In this document: piece by piece, positions 9,567 through 18,708 of the stretch
Position numbering within the stretch: the stretch's first letter is position 1
Layout: the number at the start of each line of letters is the position of its first letter
Assembly (NCBI GenBank): GCA_965215185.1
Contig: OZ244034.1
Span: forward strand, 2,976,001 to 3,040,000
Reading direction: 5' to 3'
From: Acidimicrobiia bacterium
GTDB taxonomy: Bacteria > Actinomycetota > Acidimicrobiia > Spongiisociales > ZC4RG35
Length of the DNA stretch: 64,000 bases
Notes under the pieces: generated by a model
What the model was told of the DNA's origin: nothing
Databases searched by the model: none
The model's input: only the letters and a program-made list of their open reading frames with translations
Program-made: the position numbers and the translations under genes

Positions 9567-10912
9567 GTCTCTTTCCCGTGAAACAGATTTTCTATTTCGG
9601 TGATGTGGTCAGGGAGACTAAACACGACGATCCGGTCTCTGGGTCGGATGACGGTATCGCCGCGGGGGAGTATCGGGGTCTTCTTGCGCACGATTCCCCC
9701 TACTATCGATCCCGCAGGAAGGTTGATGTCCACCAACCTCCGGCCGGCCACCGGGCTCTCATTGGAAATGTCCAACTCGATCGCCTCCGCGTCCGAGTCA
9801 CTGAAAGTCACCACCGAGTGAACGACTCCCCGGCGGACATAACGGAGAATGCTTCCCGCCGCCAGCAGACGAGGGGAAACAGCGGCGTCGATGCCCCTCC
9901 CTTCCAGCAGTCCCACATAGTGGGGATTGTTTAGGCGGGCTACCGCCATGGGGGCGCCCAGCGCCTTGGCGACCATACATATCAGGGCATTGGTGGCGTC
10001 GTCGTCGGAGAGCGCCAGGAGGGCGTCTCTGTCTCCCATATCCAGCCGCCCCAAAGTTTTGGGATCGGCCGGATCGTCGAATATGGACAACACCCGGGGT
10101 TCGGCGTCGGCCACCATCCGGCAGAAGTTATGATCGGCGGAGATGAAGACCACCGATAACCACGACTCCCGCAGTTTGCGGATGGCCACTCTGGCCAACC
10201 GTGAATCTCCGGTCACCACCACCCGGTTGGCCAAACGAGTCTTGATGCCCAACAACTTGGCGGCGAACCGGACGTTGCGGGGCTCCACCATCATCAGCAC
10301 ATGGTCGCCTTCCAGAACCTGCGTGGCACCCTTGGGTACGATGGTCTCCCCGTCCCTGATGATCGCCACCACCAAGAAGTCATGCTTGGCGTTGACAGGA
10401 GAAAGCTCTTTGAGGGGTTCGTGCAGAAGGGGAGAAGCGGGTTGGGCGATGGCGCCCACCAACAGCAACCTTCCTTCGGCGAACTCCCAATGCTCAGAAA
10501 GTCCGCTCAGTCGGACCAACCGGACCAGCTCGTCGGCGGTGGCGTCATCGGGATCGATGACCGCCTTAACACCCATGCTGTGCAATCCCGACCTCAAGCC
10601 TGAATCGGAGATGCGAGCGACCGTCTGCTTGATGCCCAGGGTGGTTGCCGAGTGACAGGCCAAGGCATTGACCCCATCCTGGTCGGTAACGGCGATCAAC
10701 AGATCCACCGGGTCACCCACAGCCGCTATGGCTTCTTTCAACATTCCCTGGGCGGCCCCGTTGCCGGTGACGGTTAACACGTCCGATCGCGAATTGAGGA
10801 CTTCGGCGGTTTGGGGATTCTTTTCAACGACCACCACATGTTGGCCATCGGCGGAAAAGCGCTCGGCTAAGTAGCTGCCAACTGCTCCCGCCCCCACGAT
10901 GATGATTTTCAT
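9563..10912 (-). CDS. trkA: Trk potassium uptake regulatory subunit; start corrected to the ATG at 10912
   Basis: MKIIIVGAGAVG Rossmann motif, two RCK N/C repeats; the 161 upstream codons in the ORF track look spurious. Confidence 0.92.
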   Translation of the reverse strand: MKIIIVGAGAVGSYLAERFSADGQHVVVVEKNPQTAEVLNSRSDVLTVTGNGAAQGMLKEAIAAVGDPVDLLIAVTDQDGVNALACHSATTLGIKQTVARISDSGLRSGLHSMGVKAVIDPDDATADELVRLVRLSGLSEHWEFAEGRLLLVGAIAQPASPLLHEPLKELSPVNAKHDFLVVAIIRDGETIVPKGATQVLEGDHVLMMVEPRNVRFAAKLLGIKTRLANRVVVTGDSRLARVAIRKLRESWLSVVFISADHNFCRMVADAEPRVLSIFDDPADPKTLGRLDMGDRDALLALSDDDATNALICMVAKALGAPMAVARLNNPHYVGLLEGRGIDAAVSPRLLAAGSILRYVRRGVVHSVVTFSDSDAEAIELDISNESPVAGRRLVDINLPAGSIVGGIVRKKTPILPRGDTVIRPRDRIVVFSLPDHITEIENLFHGKET

Positions 10913-11022
10913 TGCGTGTCTACTGAGTTTACAGGGCTGAGAGGGGACGCTCTTCCCCAGATTGTCGGCACACGCGGCCGCGTTAGGTAGACTATGCGGC
11001 TCCCGCACCAGGGGAGTTCCCC

Positions 11023-11886
11023 ATTCCTGACCCGTTCGAGTCCCCACAAGTAATAGCCGACGCCCTGGCAGATCAGGGTTATCTGGCCTCCGAGCGGATC
11101 TCCCAAGTGATCTTTCTGGCGACGCGTTTGAACAAGCCCGTTCTCGCTGAAGGTCCGGCCGGAGTGGGGAAAACCGAGTTGGCGAAGGCGCTGGCGTCCG
11201 CATCCGGGCGGAAACTGGTTCGCTTGCAGTGCTACGAGGGACTCGACGAATCCAAGGCGCTGTACGAGTGGAACTATCGCAAACAGTTGCTGCGCATTTC
11301 CGCCGACCCATCGTCGGGGTGGGGGGAGATGGAGGGGGACATATTCTCGGACAGCTTCCTGCTGGCCCGGCCTCTGTTGACGGCCATCTCCTCACCGGAT
11401 CCAGTGGTCTTACTGGTAGATGAAATCGACCGAGTTGAGATGGAGACCGAAGCGTTGCTATTGGAAGTGCTTTCCGAATTCCAGATCACCATCCCCGAAT
11501 TGGGGACGATAAAGGCCGATTCACAGCCGCTGGTGATTCTGACTTCCAACAACACCCGTGAACTCTCCGAAGCGCTGCGCCGCCGTTGCCTCTTTCTGCA
11601 CATTCCCTATCCCAGTCCTGAACGGGAGCGGGCCATCCTGCTGGCGCGGGCGCCGGGTCTTCCCGGGGCGCTGGCGGAGTCGATCGCCCAAGTGGCCCGG
11701 AGCCTGCGGGGAATGGCTCTCAAGAAACCCCCCTCGGTTTCGGAGACCATCGACTGGGCGAGGACCCTGTTGACTCTGGGGGTGGAGAGAATTGATCAGG
11801 AATTCTTTTCCGAAACCGCTCACGTACTTCTCAAGTATCAGGCCGACATAGACCTGGCCCGTAAGGAATTGGCCACCGATGGCTGA
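11023..11886 (+). CDS. coxD: MoxR-family AAA+ ATPase (CoxD-like); probable ATT start at 11023
   Basis: Walker A EGPAGVGKTE, RLQCYEGLD, ALYEWNY, Walker B LLVDEID, TSNNTRELSEAL; family-like N-terminus extends upstream of 11107. Confidence 0.85.
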   Translation: MPDPFESPQVIADALADQGYLASERISQVIFLATRLNKPVLAEGPAGVGKTELAKALASASGRKLVRLQCYEGLDESKALYEWNYRKQLLRISADPSSGWGEMEGDIFSDSFLLARPLLTAISSPDPVVLLVDEIDRVEMETEALLLEVLSEFQITIPELGTIKADSQPLVILTSNNTRELSEALRRRCLFLHIPYPSPERERAILLARAPGLPGALAESIAQVARSLRGMALKKPPSVSETIDWARTLLTLGVERIDQEFFSETAHVLLKYQADIDLARKELATDG

Positions 11887-11892
11887 TATAGG

Positions 11893-13359
11893 GTGCTGAG
11901 CCTCCTCACCGACTTTGTGGAGGAGCTGCGGACCGCCGGGGTTCCCGTCTCGACGGTGGAGACGATCGACGCAATGGGCGCTCTGGAAGTGGTCGATTTG
12001 GCGGATCGCAACGCCCTCAAATCCGCTTTGAGCGCCACGATGGTGAAGTCTGCTCGGTACCTGGAAGCCTTCGACACCGCTTTTGAGGTGTTCTTCGCCC
12101 TCAACCGCCCCCCACCTCCGGCGGAGACGGAGCCGGCTCCCCAGGACGTGCCCGCTGATGGAACATCCCAGATGGGGTCGGCGGGTGGGTCGGGTTCTCT
12201 GGCCGAGGCGCTGGCTGCCGCTCTGGGCAGCTACGACTGGGGAGCATTGCGCCGCTTGGTGGAACAGGCGGTGAACGAGTTGGCAAGTATGACCTCCGGT
12301 CGCCCGGTGGGAGGCGCCTATTACCTTTATCGCACCCTGCGCCGCCTCGATCTGGATTTGCTGCGGGAGATGCTGGCGGAACTGGTGGAGCAGCGAGGTT
12401 CCCATCCCGGGTTGAGCGGGGATGCCCTGGAGGACCATCTTCGCACCGAAGAGGTGAACGCGCTGATAGAACGACTTCGGAGGGAATTGATGGCGGAGAT
12501 ACGGCGACGGCTGGTGGCGGACCGGGGAAGACACCCGGTGGCGGCCACCCTGCGGGCCCCGCCGCTGGAAGAACTGGATCTCATGCATGCCTCCGAGTCC
12601 CAACTGCGTCGCATCGAAGATCTGATAGGGCCACTCACTCGCAAGCTGGCAGCCCGGCTGGCCCGGCGCGACCTTCACCGCCGGCGGGGTCGTCTTGATT
12701 TCCGTCGCACGGTCCGCGCCTCTCTGGCCACCGGCGGGGTTCCCCTGGACATACGTTTTCGTTCCAACCGTCGCTTCCGCCCTGAGATTGTTCTGTTGTG
12801 CGACGTTTCCGGCTCGATGGCGACATTCGCCCGTTTCACTCTTCAATTCACCTACGCCATGTCGGCCCGTTTCTCCAGTCTGCGGGCCTTTGCTTTCGTA
12901 GACGGGGTGGACGAGATAACCGATCTGCTCACTCCCGGGCTTCGATTTGGGGTGGTGGCCCAGCGGATCTTCTCGGAAGCCGAGGTGGTGGAATTGGATG
13001 GCCACTCCGACTATGGAAACGCACTAACGCGGTTCTCCGACCGGTATGGCAGCGAACTGACCCCCCGTTCCACCGTGATTATCGCCGGCGATGCCCGCAA
13101 CAACTATCGGGACTTCGATACAGAGGCTCTGGCGAAGGCGGCGGCGACCGTGGAGGCCATCTATTGGCTGAACCCTGAACCTCGAGCCTATTGGGACACG
13201 GGAGACTCCCTGATGTCCAAGATGGGCGCCTACTGCACCGAAGTGTATGAGGTGAGGAACCTTTCCCAGTTGGAGAGCTTTGTAGAAAGGCTGGCCGACC
13301 ACCGCCGCCAACCGCCCACCCGGCGGATCAGACGGTCAGTTGCCCCAAGCGTTCGATGA
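11893..13359 (+). CDS. coxE: VWA domain protein (CoxE-like)
   Basis: GRLDFRRTVRASL, MIDAS DVSGSM, HSDYG, GDARNNY, WLNPEP; follows the MoxR ATPase. Confidence 0.88.
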   Translation: MLSLLTDFVEELRTAGVPVSTVETIDAMGALEVVDLADRNALKSALSATMVKSARYLEAFDTAFEVFFALNRPPPPAETEPAPQDVPADGTSQMGSAGGSGSLAEALAAALGSYDWGALRRLVEQAVNELASMTSGRPVGGAYYLYRTLRRLDLDLLREMLAELVEQRGSHPGLSGDALEDHLRTEEVNALIERLRRELMAEIRRRLVADRGRHPVAATLRAPPLEELDLMHASESQLRRIEDLIGPLTRKLAARLARRDLHRRRGRLDFRRTVRASLATGGVPLDIRFRSNRRFRPEIVLLCDVSGSMATFARFTLQFTYAMSARFSSLRAFAFVDGVDEITDLLTPGLRFGVVAQRIFSEAEVVELDGHSDYGNALTRFSDRYGSELTPRSTVIIAGDARNNYRDFDTEALAKAAATVEAIYWLNPEPRAYWDTGDSLMSKMGAYCTEVYEVRNLSQLESFVERLADHRRQPPTRRIRRSVAPSVR

Positions 13360-14341
13360 GGTCGACCACTCGATTCGAATAGCCCCATTCGTTGTCATAC
13401 CAGGCCAGAACCTTTACAAGGTTGGAACCAAGCACTGCAGTGCCCCCGGCGTCGAACACACTGGAATGGGGGTTGCCGATGATGTCGGAGGAAACTACCG
13501 GCGCCTCGGTGTACTGGACTATTCCGGACAAAGGACCTGCCGCCGCCTCCCGAACCGTTTCGTTGATTTCCTCGACGGTGACTTCCTCCTTTAGCTCTAC
13601 CACCAAGTCCACTAGGGAACCGTCGGCCACCGGCACCCGCATCGCCATTCCGTCGAGCTTGCCCTCTAACTGGGGTAGAACCTTTCCCACTGCTTTGGCA
13701 GCCCCGGTGGTGGTGGGAATGATGTTCTCGGTGGCCGCCCGGCTGCGGCGGAGGTCGGCGTGCGGCACGTCGGCCAGTCGCTGATCATTGGTGTAAGCGT
13801 GGACGGTGGTCATTAGGCCCCGCCTGATTCCGTAGCGATCATCGAGGATCTTGGCGATGGGGGCGAGACAGTTGGTTGTGCAAGAGGCGTTAGAGATGAG
13901 GGCGTCATCCGGTCCAAGTAGGTGATCGTTCACGCCCAGGACCACGGTCAAGTCCAGAGGGTCTTTGGGAGGAACTGTGAGGACCACCCGCTCTGCACCC
14001 GCCTCCAGGTGTTTGGTCAAGGCGTCTCGGGTGCGGAAGACTCCGGTGGACTCCACCACCACATTGACCCCGAGTTCTTTCCACGGCAGCCGGGCAGGGT
14101 CTCGCTCGCACAGCATGTGGATCCGATGTCCGCCCACTGACATCACGCCCTCAGATAGGTCTATCTCTTCCTCCAGAGGGCCCATCACTGAGTCGTAGCG
14201 CAGGAGATAGGCCAGCACATCATCGTCGGCCAGATCGTTGACCGCCACCACCTCCAGATCGGGAATATCACGCTCGATCAGGATGCGCAGCACCGACCGC
14301 CCGATCCTGCCGAAGCCGTTGATCGCCACTCTGAACTTCAT
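13328..14341 (-). CDS. gap: Type I glyceraldehyde-3-phosphate dehydrogenase
   Basis: INGFGRIGR, catalytic NASCTTNCLAP, TTVHAYT, WYDNEWGYS; ATG at 14341. Confidence 0.96.
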   Translation of the reverse strand: MKFRVAINGFGRIGRSVLRILIERDIPDLEVVAVNDLADDDVLAYLLRYDSVMGPLEEEIDLSEGVMSVGGHRIHMLCERDPARLPWKELGVNVVVESTGVFRTRDALTKHLEAGAERVVLTVPPKDPLDLTVVLGVNDHLLGPDDALISNASCTTNCLAPIAKILDDRYGIRRGLMTTVHAYTNDQRLADVPHADLRRSRAATENIIPTTTGAAKAVGKVLPQLEGKLDGMAMRVPVADGSLVDLVVELKEEVTVEEINETVREAAAGPLSGIVQYTEAPVVSSDIIGNPHSSVFDAGGTAVLGSNLVKVLAWYDNEWGYSNRVVDLIERLGQLTV

Positions 14342-15345
14342 AAGCCACTCATCCTCTCCAGCACTTCCACGATGCGCCTGGAATAGCCCCACCCGTTGTT
14401 GTACCAGGTCACCGTCTTGGTCAGGTGGTCGTCCATGACCATGGTTGTCAGGCTGTCAAACACCGCCGACTCGGAGGCCCCGGTGACGTCCGAAGACACG
14501 ATGGGATCGGTAGAGTATTCGACGATTCCCTGGTAGCGAGTCTCACAAGCTTGGCGGACAGCCCGGTTCACCTGTGCAACATCCACCGGGCTCTCCAATT
14601 CGGCCACCAGGTCGACAGTGGAGCCGTCCACTACCGGGACATTGAGGGCCAGGGAACTCAGCTTCCCTGCGAATTCCGGCCGGGCGGCTACCAGTATTTC
14701 GGTGGTGTTGGTGGTGGAGGGAATGATATTGTCAGCCGCAGCCCGGCTAGAACGAAAGCCGGAGGTGGGCACGTCGGCCAGACGCTGGGCGTTGGTTATG
14801 GCATGGACGCTGGTGAAAAAGGCCCGCCGCAATCCGAAGTTGTCCGCCAGAGTCCACAGGATGGGTGCCAGGGCATTAGATGTATTGGAGCCGAGGGCAA
14901 TCACCTCAGTGTCGGGCTGGAGGAGGTGGTCGTTAACTCCCCGCAGCAGAATGGGAATCTCGCCCAAAGTCTGGGGCGTTGATGCCAGGACGACACCCCG
15001 GGCCCCGGCAGCGATGTGACGACGGCATTCCTCTCTGGTGTGGCGGCGTCCGGTGGATTGCACGACCAGCGAAACTCCCAAATCACCCCAATCCGCATCT
15101 CCGGGGTCCCGGGCGGCGATGAGAGGCGTTGACTGTTCACCAACCAACAGGGAACCATCCCGGTAGGCAACCGGCTCAGGGAACCGGCCATAGATGGAAT
15201 CGTATTTCAGCAGGTAGGCCAAAGCGAGGGGATCGGCCACATCGGCGATGGCTCCCACTTCCAAGAACGGGTGACCTCCGAGCATGCGGAAGACATTGCG
15301 CCCGATCCTCCCGAATCCCATAAGGGCAACTTTGACCTTTTTCAA
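14338..15345 (-). CDS. GAPDH paralog lacking the catalytic cysteine
   Basis: MGFGRIGR, LLKYDSIYGRF, WYNNGWGYS retained; active site reads ALGSNTSNALAP; likely TTG start at 15345 after GGAAGG; stop overlaps the gap ATG. Confidence 0.88.
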   Translation of the reverse strand: MKKVKVALMGFGRIGRNVFRMLGGHPFLEVGAIADVADPLALAYLLKYDSIYGRFPEPVAYRDGSLLVGEQSTPLIAARDPGDADWGDLGVSLVVQSTGRRHTREECRRHIAAGARGVVLASTPQTLGEIPILLRGVNDHLLQPDTEVIALGSNTSNALAPILWTLADNFGLRRAFFTSVHAITNAQRLADVPTSGFRSSRAAADNIIPSTTNTTEILVAARPEFAGKLSSLALNVPVVDGSTVDLVAELESPVDVAQVNRAVRQACETRYQGIVEYSTDPIVSSDVTGASESAVFDSLTTMVMDDHLTKTVTWYNNGWGYSRRIVEVLERMSGL

Positions 15346-15460
15346 AGGCTTCCTTCCGATGAACGTCTCCTGCCAACTCAAATTTAGTGCAATATGGATA
15401 ATCAGAATCCAAGGAGAGGAGGAAGGGGCACAAAAGCTGGGGTAGGACTTGAAATGCCAA

Positions 15461-15494
15461 TGCGGGATAGGTCATCTTGCGGGATAGGTCATCT
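15461..15494. repeat. Exact 17-bp tandem duplication TGCGGGATAGGTCATCT x2
   Basis: Seen at 15461-15477 and 15478-15494. Confidence 0.85.
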
Positions 15495-15498
15495 TGTA

Positions 15499-15950
15499 GG
15501 GGTGAAGAGTCACTTTTGGTTTCGGGTGGGATGGTGGGTGACTCTGGCAGCCGCCTTTTCGACGTCGTCCTTCTCCCAGGCATGGGCCGGGCCGCGCTGT
15601 GAGATACCCTCGATGCCCCCGGTACCGGGAGAGGTGATTCGTAACTTCGCTCCTCATCGCCAACCAGGCCACTGGGGTGTGGATCTGGCCTCACCGCCGT
15701 CCGGGGTGGTGCGGGCACCGGTTTCGGGGACGGCCACCTTTGTGGGGCTGGTGGCCGGAAGGAAATCGGTAACCATCACCCCCCACCCCCGGGTGAGGGT
15801 GAGCCTCTTCTATCTGTCGAAGTCGTCGGTGCTTCCCGGCCAACGGATAGCGGTTGGAGCCTTACTGGGGCGGTCGGGTGAGGATCGCGGGTTTTCCGCG
15901 GTGCACCTGTCGATGTGAGTGGATGGGCGGTACCGGGGACCCTCAACCCA
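15499..15950 (+). pseudogene. M23 family metallopeptidase with a premature stop
   Basis: HWGVDL, VRAPVSG.ATFVG.VAG, HLSM then TGA (15916-15918) followed in frame by VDGRYR, matching the usual M23 ending HxxxRxxGxYxDP; start uncertain. Confidence 0.65.
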
Positions 15951-16060
15951 CCCTGGACTGCGACAGATCGGCTGACAGTGTCTGGGGAAGGCTCAAGCTT
16001 CTGTCCCAGCAGGGCAGGTGACTGGAGTCCGCCTCAGATGTCGCGGCTAAGGTAGAAGGT

Positions 16061-16645
16061 GTGATAAGAGGCGTGTTGGGTGGTACTTTCGATCCTCCCC
16101 ACCTGGCTCATCTGGTGTTGGCGGAAGCTGCTTACCGGCAACTGGGGATTGCAGCGGTGGAATTCATCCCCACCGGAAACCCCTATTGGAAATCCTCCCC
16201 TCCACCCACGGCGGCCCATCACCGGCTGGAGATGATCAAACTCGCCACGGCCTGCGTTCCCTATTTCACTGTCAACGAATGTGAAGTTCGGCGGGACGGG
16301 CCCAGCTACATGGCGGACACCTTGCATGCCTTCCCCGCCGGTGATGAAATCTATCTGATTCTGGGCGCCGACGCCGCCCGCGGACTGTCCACTTGGAAGC
16401 GGTGGGAAGAGGTCATCGGGCGAGTCTGTCTGGCGGTGGCCTCCCGACCGGGAACCGATTTGGAGAAACTTGAGGCGGCGGTCGGACCCGTAGCTGTGTG
16501 GCTGGACATCCCTCGGTTGGACATAAGCTCCGAGCAGGTGCGGAGGCTGGGGCGGGCCGGGCGAAGCATCCGCTTCCTGGTCCCCGAAGCCGTCTGCGAA
16601 TACATCGCCGAAAAGGGGCTGTATGCATCGGAGGGCGGCTTATGA
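16061..16645 (+). CDS. nadD: Nicotinate-nucleotide adenylyltransferase
   Basis: GGTFDPPHLAH, SYMADTL, ILGADA, ISS..VR, LVP.AV..YI...LY. Confidence 0.95.
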   Translation: MIRGVLGGTFDPPHLAHLVLAEAAYRQLGIAAVEFIPTGNPYWKSSPPPTAAHHRLEMIKLATACVPYFTVNECEVRRDGPSYMADTLHAFPAGDEIYLILGADAARGLSTWKRWEEVIGRVCLAVASRPGTDLEKLEAAVGPVAVWLDIPRLDISSEQVRRLGRAGRSIRFLVPEAVCEYIAEKGLYASEGGL

Positions 16646-17061
16646 TAAGAGGGATTCCCGATCCCCAAGGGGGTGGTTCAGTAGAGACGCAAGAAGCCGT
16701 TCGGCTCGTCGCCGATGTGCTGTTTGAGAAGAAGGCCTCCGACATCGTATTGCTTCGGGTGGGAGAGGCGATAGGCATCACCGATGTCTTCGTGATCGCC
16801 ACCGGGCGGTCCCGGCCCCATATCCAAAGCCTCGCTTTGGAGTTGAAAAAGCGTCTTCGAGAAAAAGGACTGCGGCGGATGGGGGAGGAAGGTCTGGCCC
16901 AAGCCGAATGGGTGCTGTTGGACTACGGAGATTTCGTGATACACATCTTCTCTCCCGACCACCGTCAGTATTACGGCCTGGAACGCCTGTGGGGAGACGC
17001 TCCCGAGGTTCCCTGGTCGGCGCCGATCACCGAATCCGTGTCCGAACTCACTTCGGCTTGA
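16642..17061 (+). CDS. rsfS: Ribosome silencing factor RsfS
   Basis: EKKASDI, FVIATG, WVLLDYGDFVIHIF, YYGLERLW; ATGA overlap with nadD. Confidence 0.94.
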   Translation: MIRGIPDPQGGGSVETQEAVRLVADVLFEKKASDIVLLRVGEAIGITDVFVIATGRSRPHIQSLALELKKRLREKGLRRMGEEGLAQAEWVLLDYGDFVIHIFSPDHRQYYGLERLWGDAPEVPWSAPITESVSELTSA

Positions 17062-17080
17062 TATATACTTCAAGGATTCT

Positions 17081-17154
17081 GGGGCTGTAGCTCAGCTTGG
17101 AAGAGCGCTTGCATGGCATGCAAGAGGCCACGGGTTCAAGTCCCGTCAGCTCCA
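17081..17154 (+). tRNA. tRNA-Ala(GGC)
   Basis: Acceptor GGGGCTG/CAGCTCC with G3:U70; anticodon arm CTTGC-AT-GGC-AT-GCAAG; T-loop GTTCAAGT; CCA not encoded. Confidence 0.96.
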
Positions 17155-17277
17155 CAGCTATGATGTGGTGGTTGCCCAGGTCAGAGTGGCAATTGGGGCG
17201 GTGTGTTGGGGGTGAATACCACTTGGGGTGTCGGTTTTTGTTGCGGGTTGGTTCGAGGGTTGTGTGGGGGGTGTTGG

Positions 17278-17757
17278 TCAGATGTTTAGGTAGTCTGCCC
17301 AACTGTCAATTATGGCGATCCTCTTATCGAAATGGGCGGATCTGTTGTAGGCGTCTCTTTTTTTGTGGGCTAGGACGGCTTCTGCTACTTTTTCGGTTAT
17401 GTCGTCCTGCTCCTCTGCCTAGGTCCGGAACGATGCTCTGGCCCCATGAACGTCCGCGGGGATATCGCAGTCTTCGAGGAGTTTGTGCAGGGTGCCGGAG
17501 GACATGATCCCGCCTCCGCGCGCGGGGAACACCAGTCCGGTGCGGGTGCCTGTGAGTTCGGCGGTGTCTTCGAGCACTCGTATCGCCGCTTCGGAGAGGG
17601 GCACTTCGTGCTCGCGAGAATTATTGACGTTCTCTTTGGATCCGCCAGTCGCGGTTTTCGAGGTCGATCTGGTCCCAGGTGGCTTTTTGGGATTCGCCGC
17701 TTCGGACGCAGGTGAGGGTGACGAATATGAGGGCGTTGATAGCGATGGGGGGCCTGT
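17278..17757 (-). pseudogene. P4-like tyrosine integrase, C-terminal remnant
   Basis: LTCVRSGE..ATWDQIDL, HEVPLSEAA, VHGARASFRT*AEE..EAVLAH..AYNRS..WADYL; one frameshift and one in-frame TAG; adjacent to tRNA-Ala. Confidence 0.8.
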
Positions 17758-18132
17758 CAAATCCACCGCGCCGATCTCGGTAAACACCTGTTTTGGAGAG
17801 GTCCCGTTACGGTTGTTACCCGTACCATGACCCATCGGATCACCGGACTCATAACCCAAATGATCAGTCATCTCCTCAGCCAAAGCACGTTCCAGAATCC
17901 GCTTCGTCAACTCCGCCAACACCCCATCAGGACCCAAAAGATCCACACCACCCGCAGCAGCGTCCGAAACCACCGCCTCCACTACCTCATCAGACACCAC
18001 ACCAGCGGCCCACCCCAGCCGCCTCCGTCACATCATGTTCAACAGGCATCAAAACACTCGCCTCTCCGACCAGCTCTCACACCAGCCACAGCAATTAGAG
18101 AACCTACCTCACACAGACATGTATACAGGCTC
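17757..18132 (-). mobile_element. IS256 family left-end fragment
   Basis: LLGPDGVLAELTKRILERALAEEMTDHLGY..NNRNG..KQVFTEIGAVDL; candidate terminus GAGCCTGTATACATGTCTGTG at 18132. Confidence 0.8.
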
Positions 18133-18367
18133 GTCTCCCATGGGTCGAGCACAAGGGGAAGGCAACCGTAGAGCCTCAGCCGGGACCGACGCCTGCTGTC
18201 CCCCCGGCCTGCTAAGGGACAATCCGTAGGGACGCTGATTAGGAAATCCTGCCACCCTGTTGCTTTCTACATGAAGTTCGCAGTCGAGAGTTGGGCCTGG
18301 GGCCTGTCGCAAAACGAGCTGCGTTGCATCCTCCGCGAGATCAGGTGGATACCCGTACCTGGCCAGT

Positions 18368-18694
18368 AGCCATCATCCGTATGCGCAACGACCCCCGCAC
18401 CCGCCAATACGTCCAAAAACGCCAGGCAGAAGGCAAAACCCGCCGAGAAATCATCCACTGTCTCAAACGCCACATCGCAAGAGAGATCTACCACCTAATC
18501 ACCAACCCACACCAACGGCGCCCACCTGCGCACCCAACGCCACCAAGCCCAGATCAGCCTCACCCACACCGCCCAAGCGCTCCACCCCTACCACACCCTC
18601 CTCTCACGACTCGAACGAGGCCTATACCACAACCACCAACCCACTACCAACACTGGCCTCACCCAACAACCGACTTGTAGAAAATAGGATCGTC
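18368..18694 (+). mobile_element. Degenerate IS110 3' fragment related to the element at 36.7-38.2 kb
   Basis: RMRNDPRTRQYV.KRQAEGKTRREIIHCLKRHIAREIY, decayed HTH tail, right end GACTTGTAGAAAATAGGATCGTC similar to GACTTGACAACCATAGGAGCATC. Confidence 0.75.
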
Positions 18695-18708
18695 ATAGAA
18701 GTAGCCGC

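Noticed and set aside
10913-11395. 161-aa N-terminal extension of TrkA
   Set aside because: Antisense to coxD and intergenic DNA; the Rossmann motif starts at the 10912 ATG
11521-13005. Long antisense ORFs (also 25399-27099, 50358-52634, 58350-59618)
   Set aside because: Shadow frames of high-GC genes with no recognisable motifs
17419-18000. 193-aa ORF that looks like an IS256-integrase fusion protein
   Set aside because: Chance in-frame join of an IS256 fragment and a frameshifted integrase remnant
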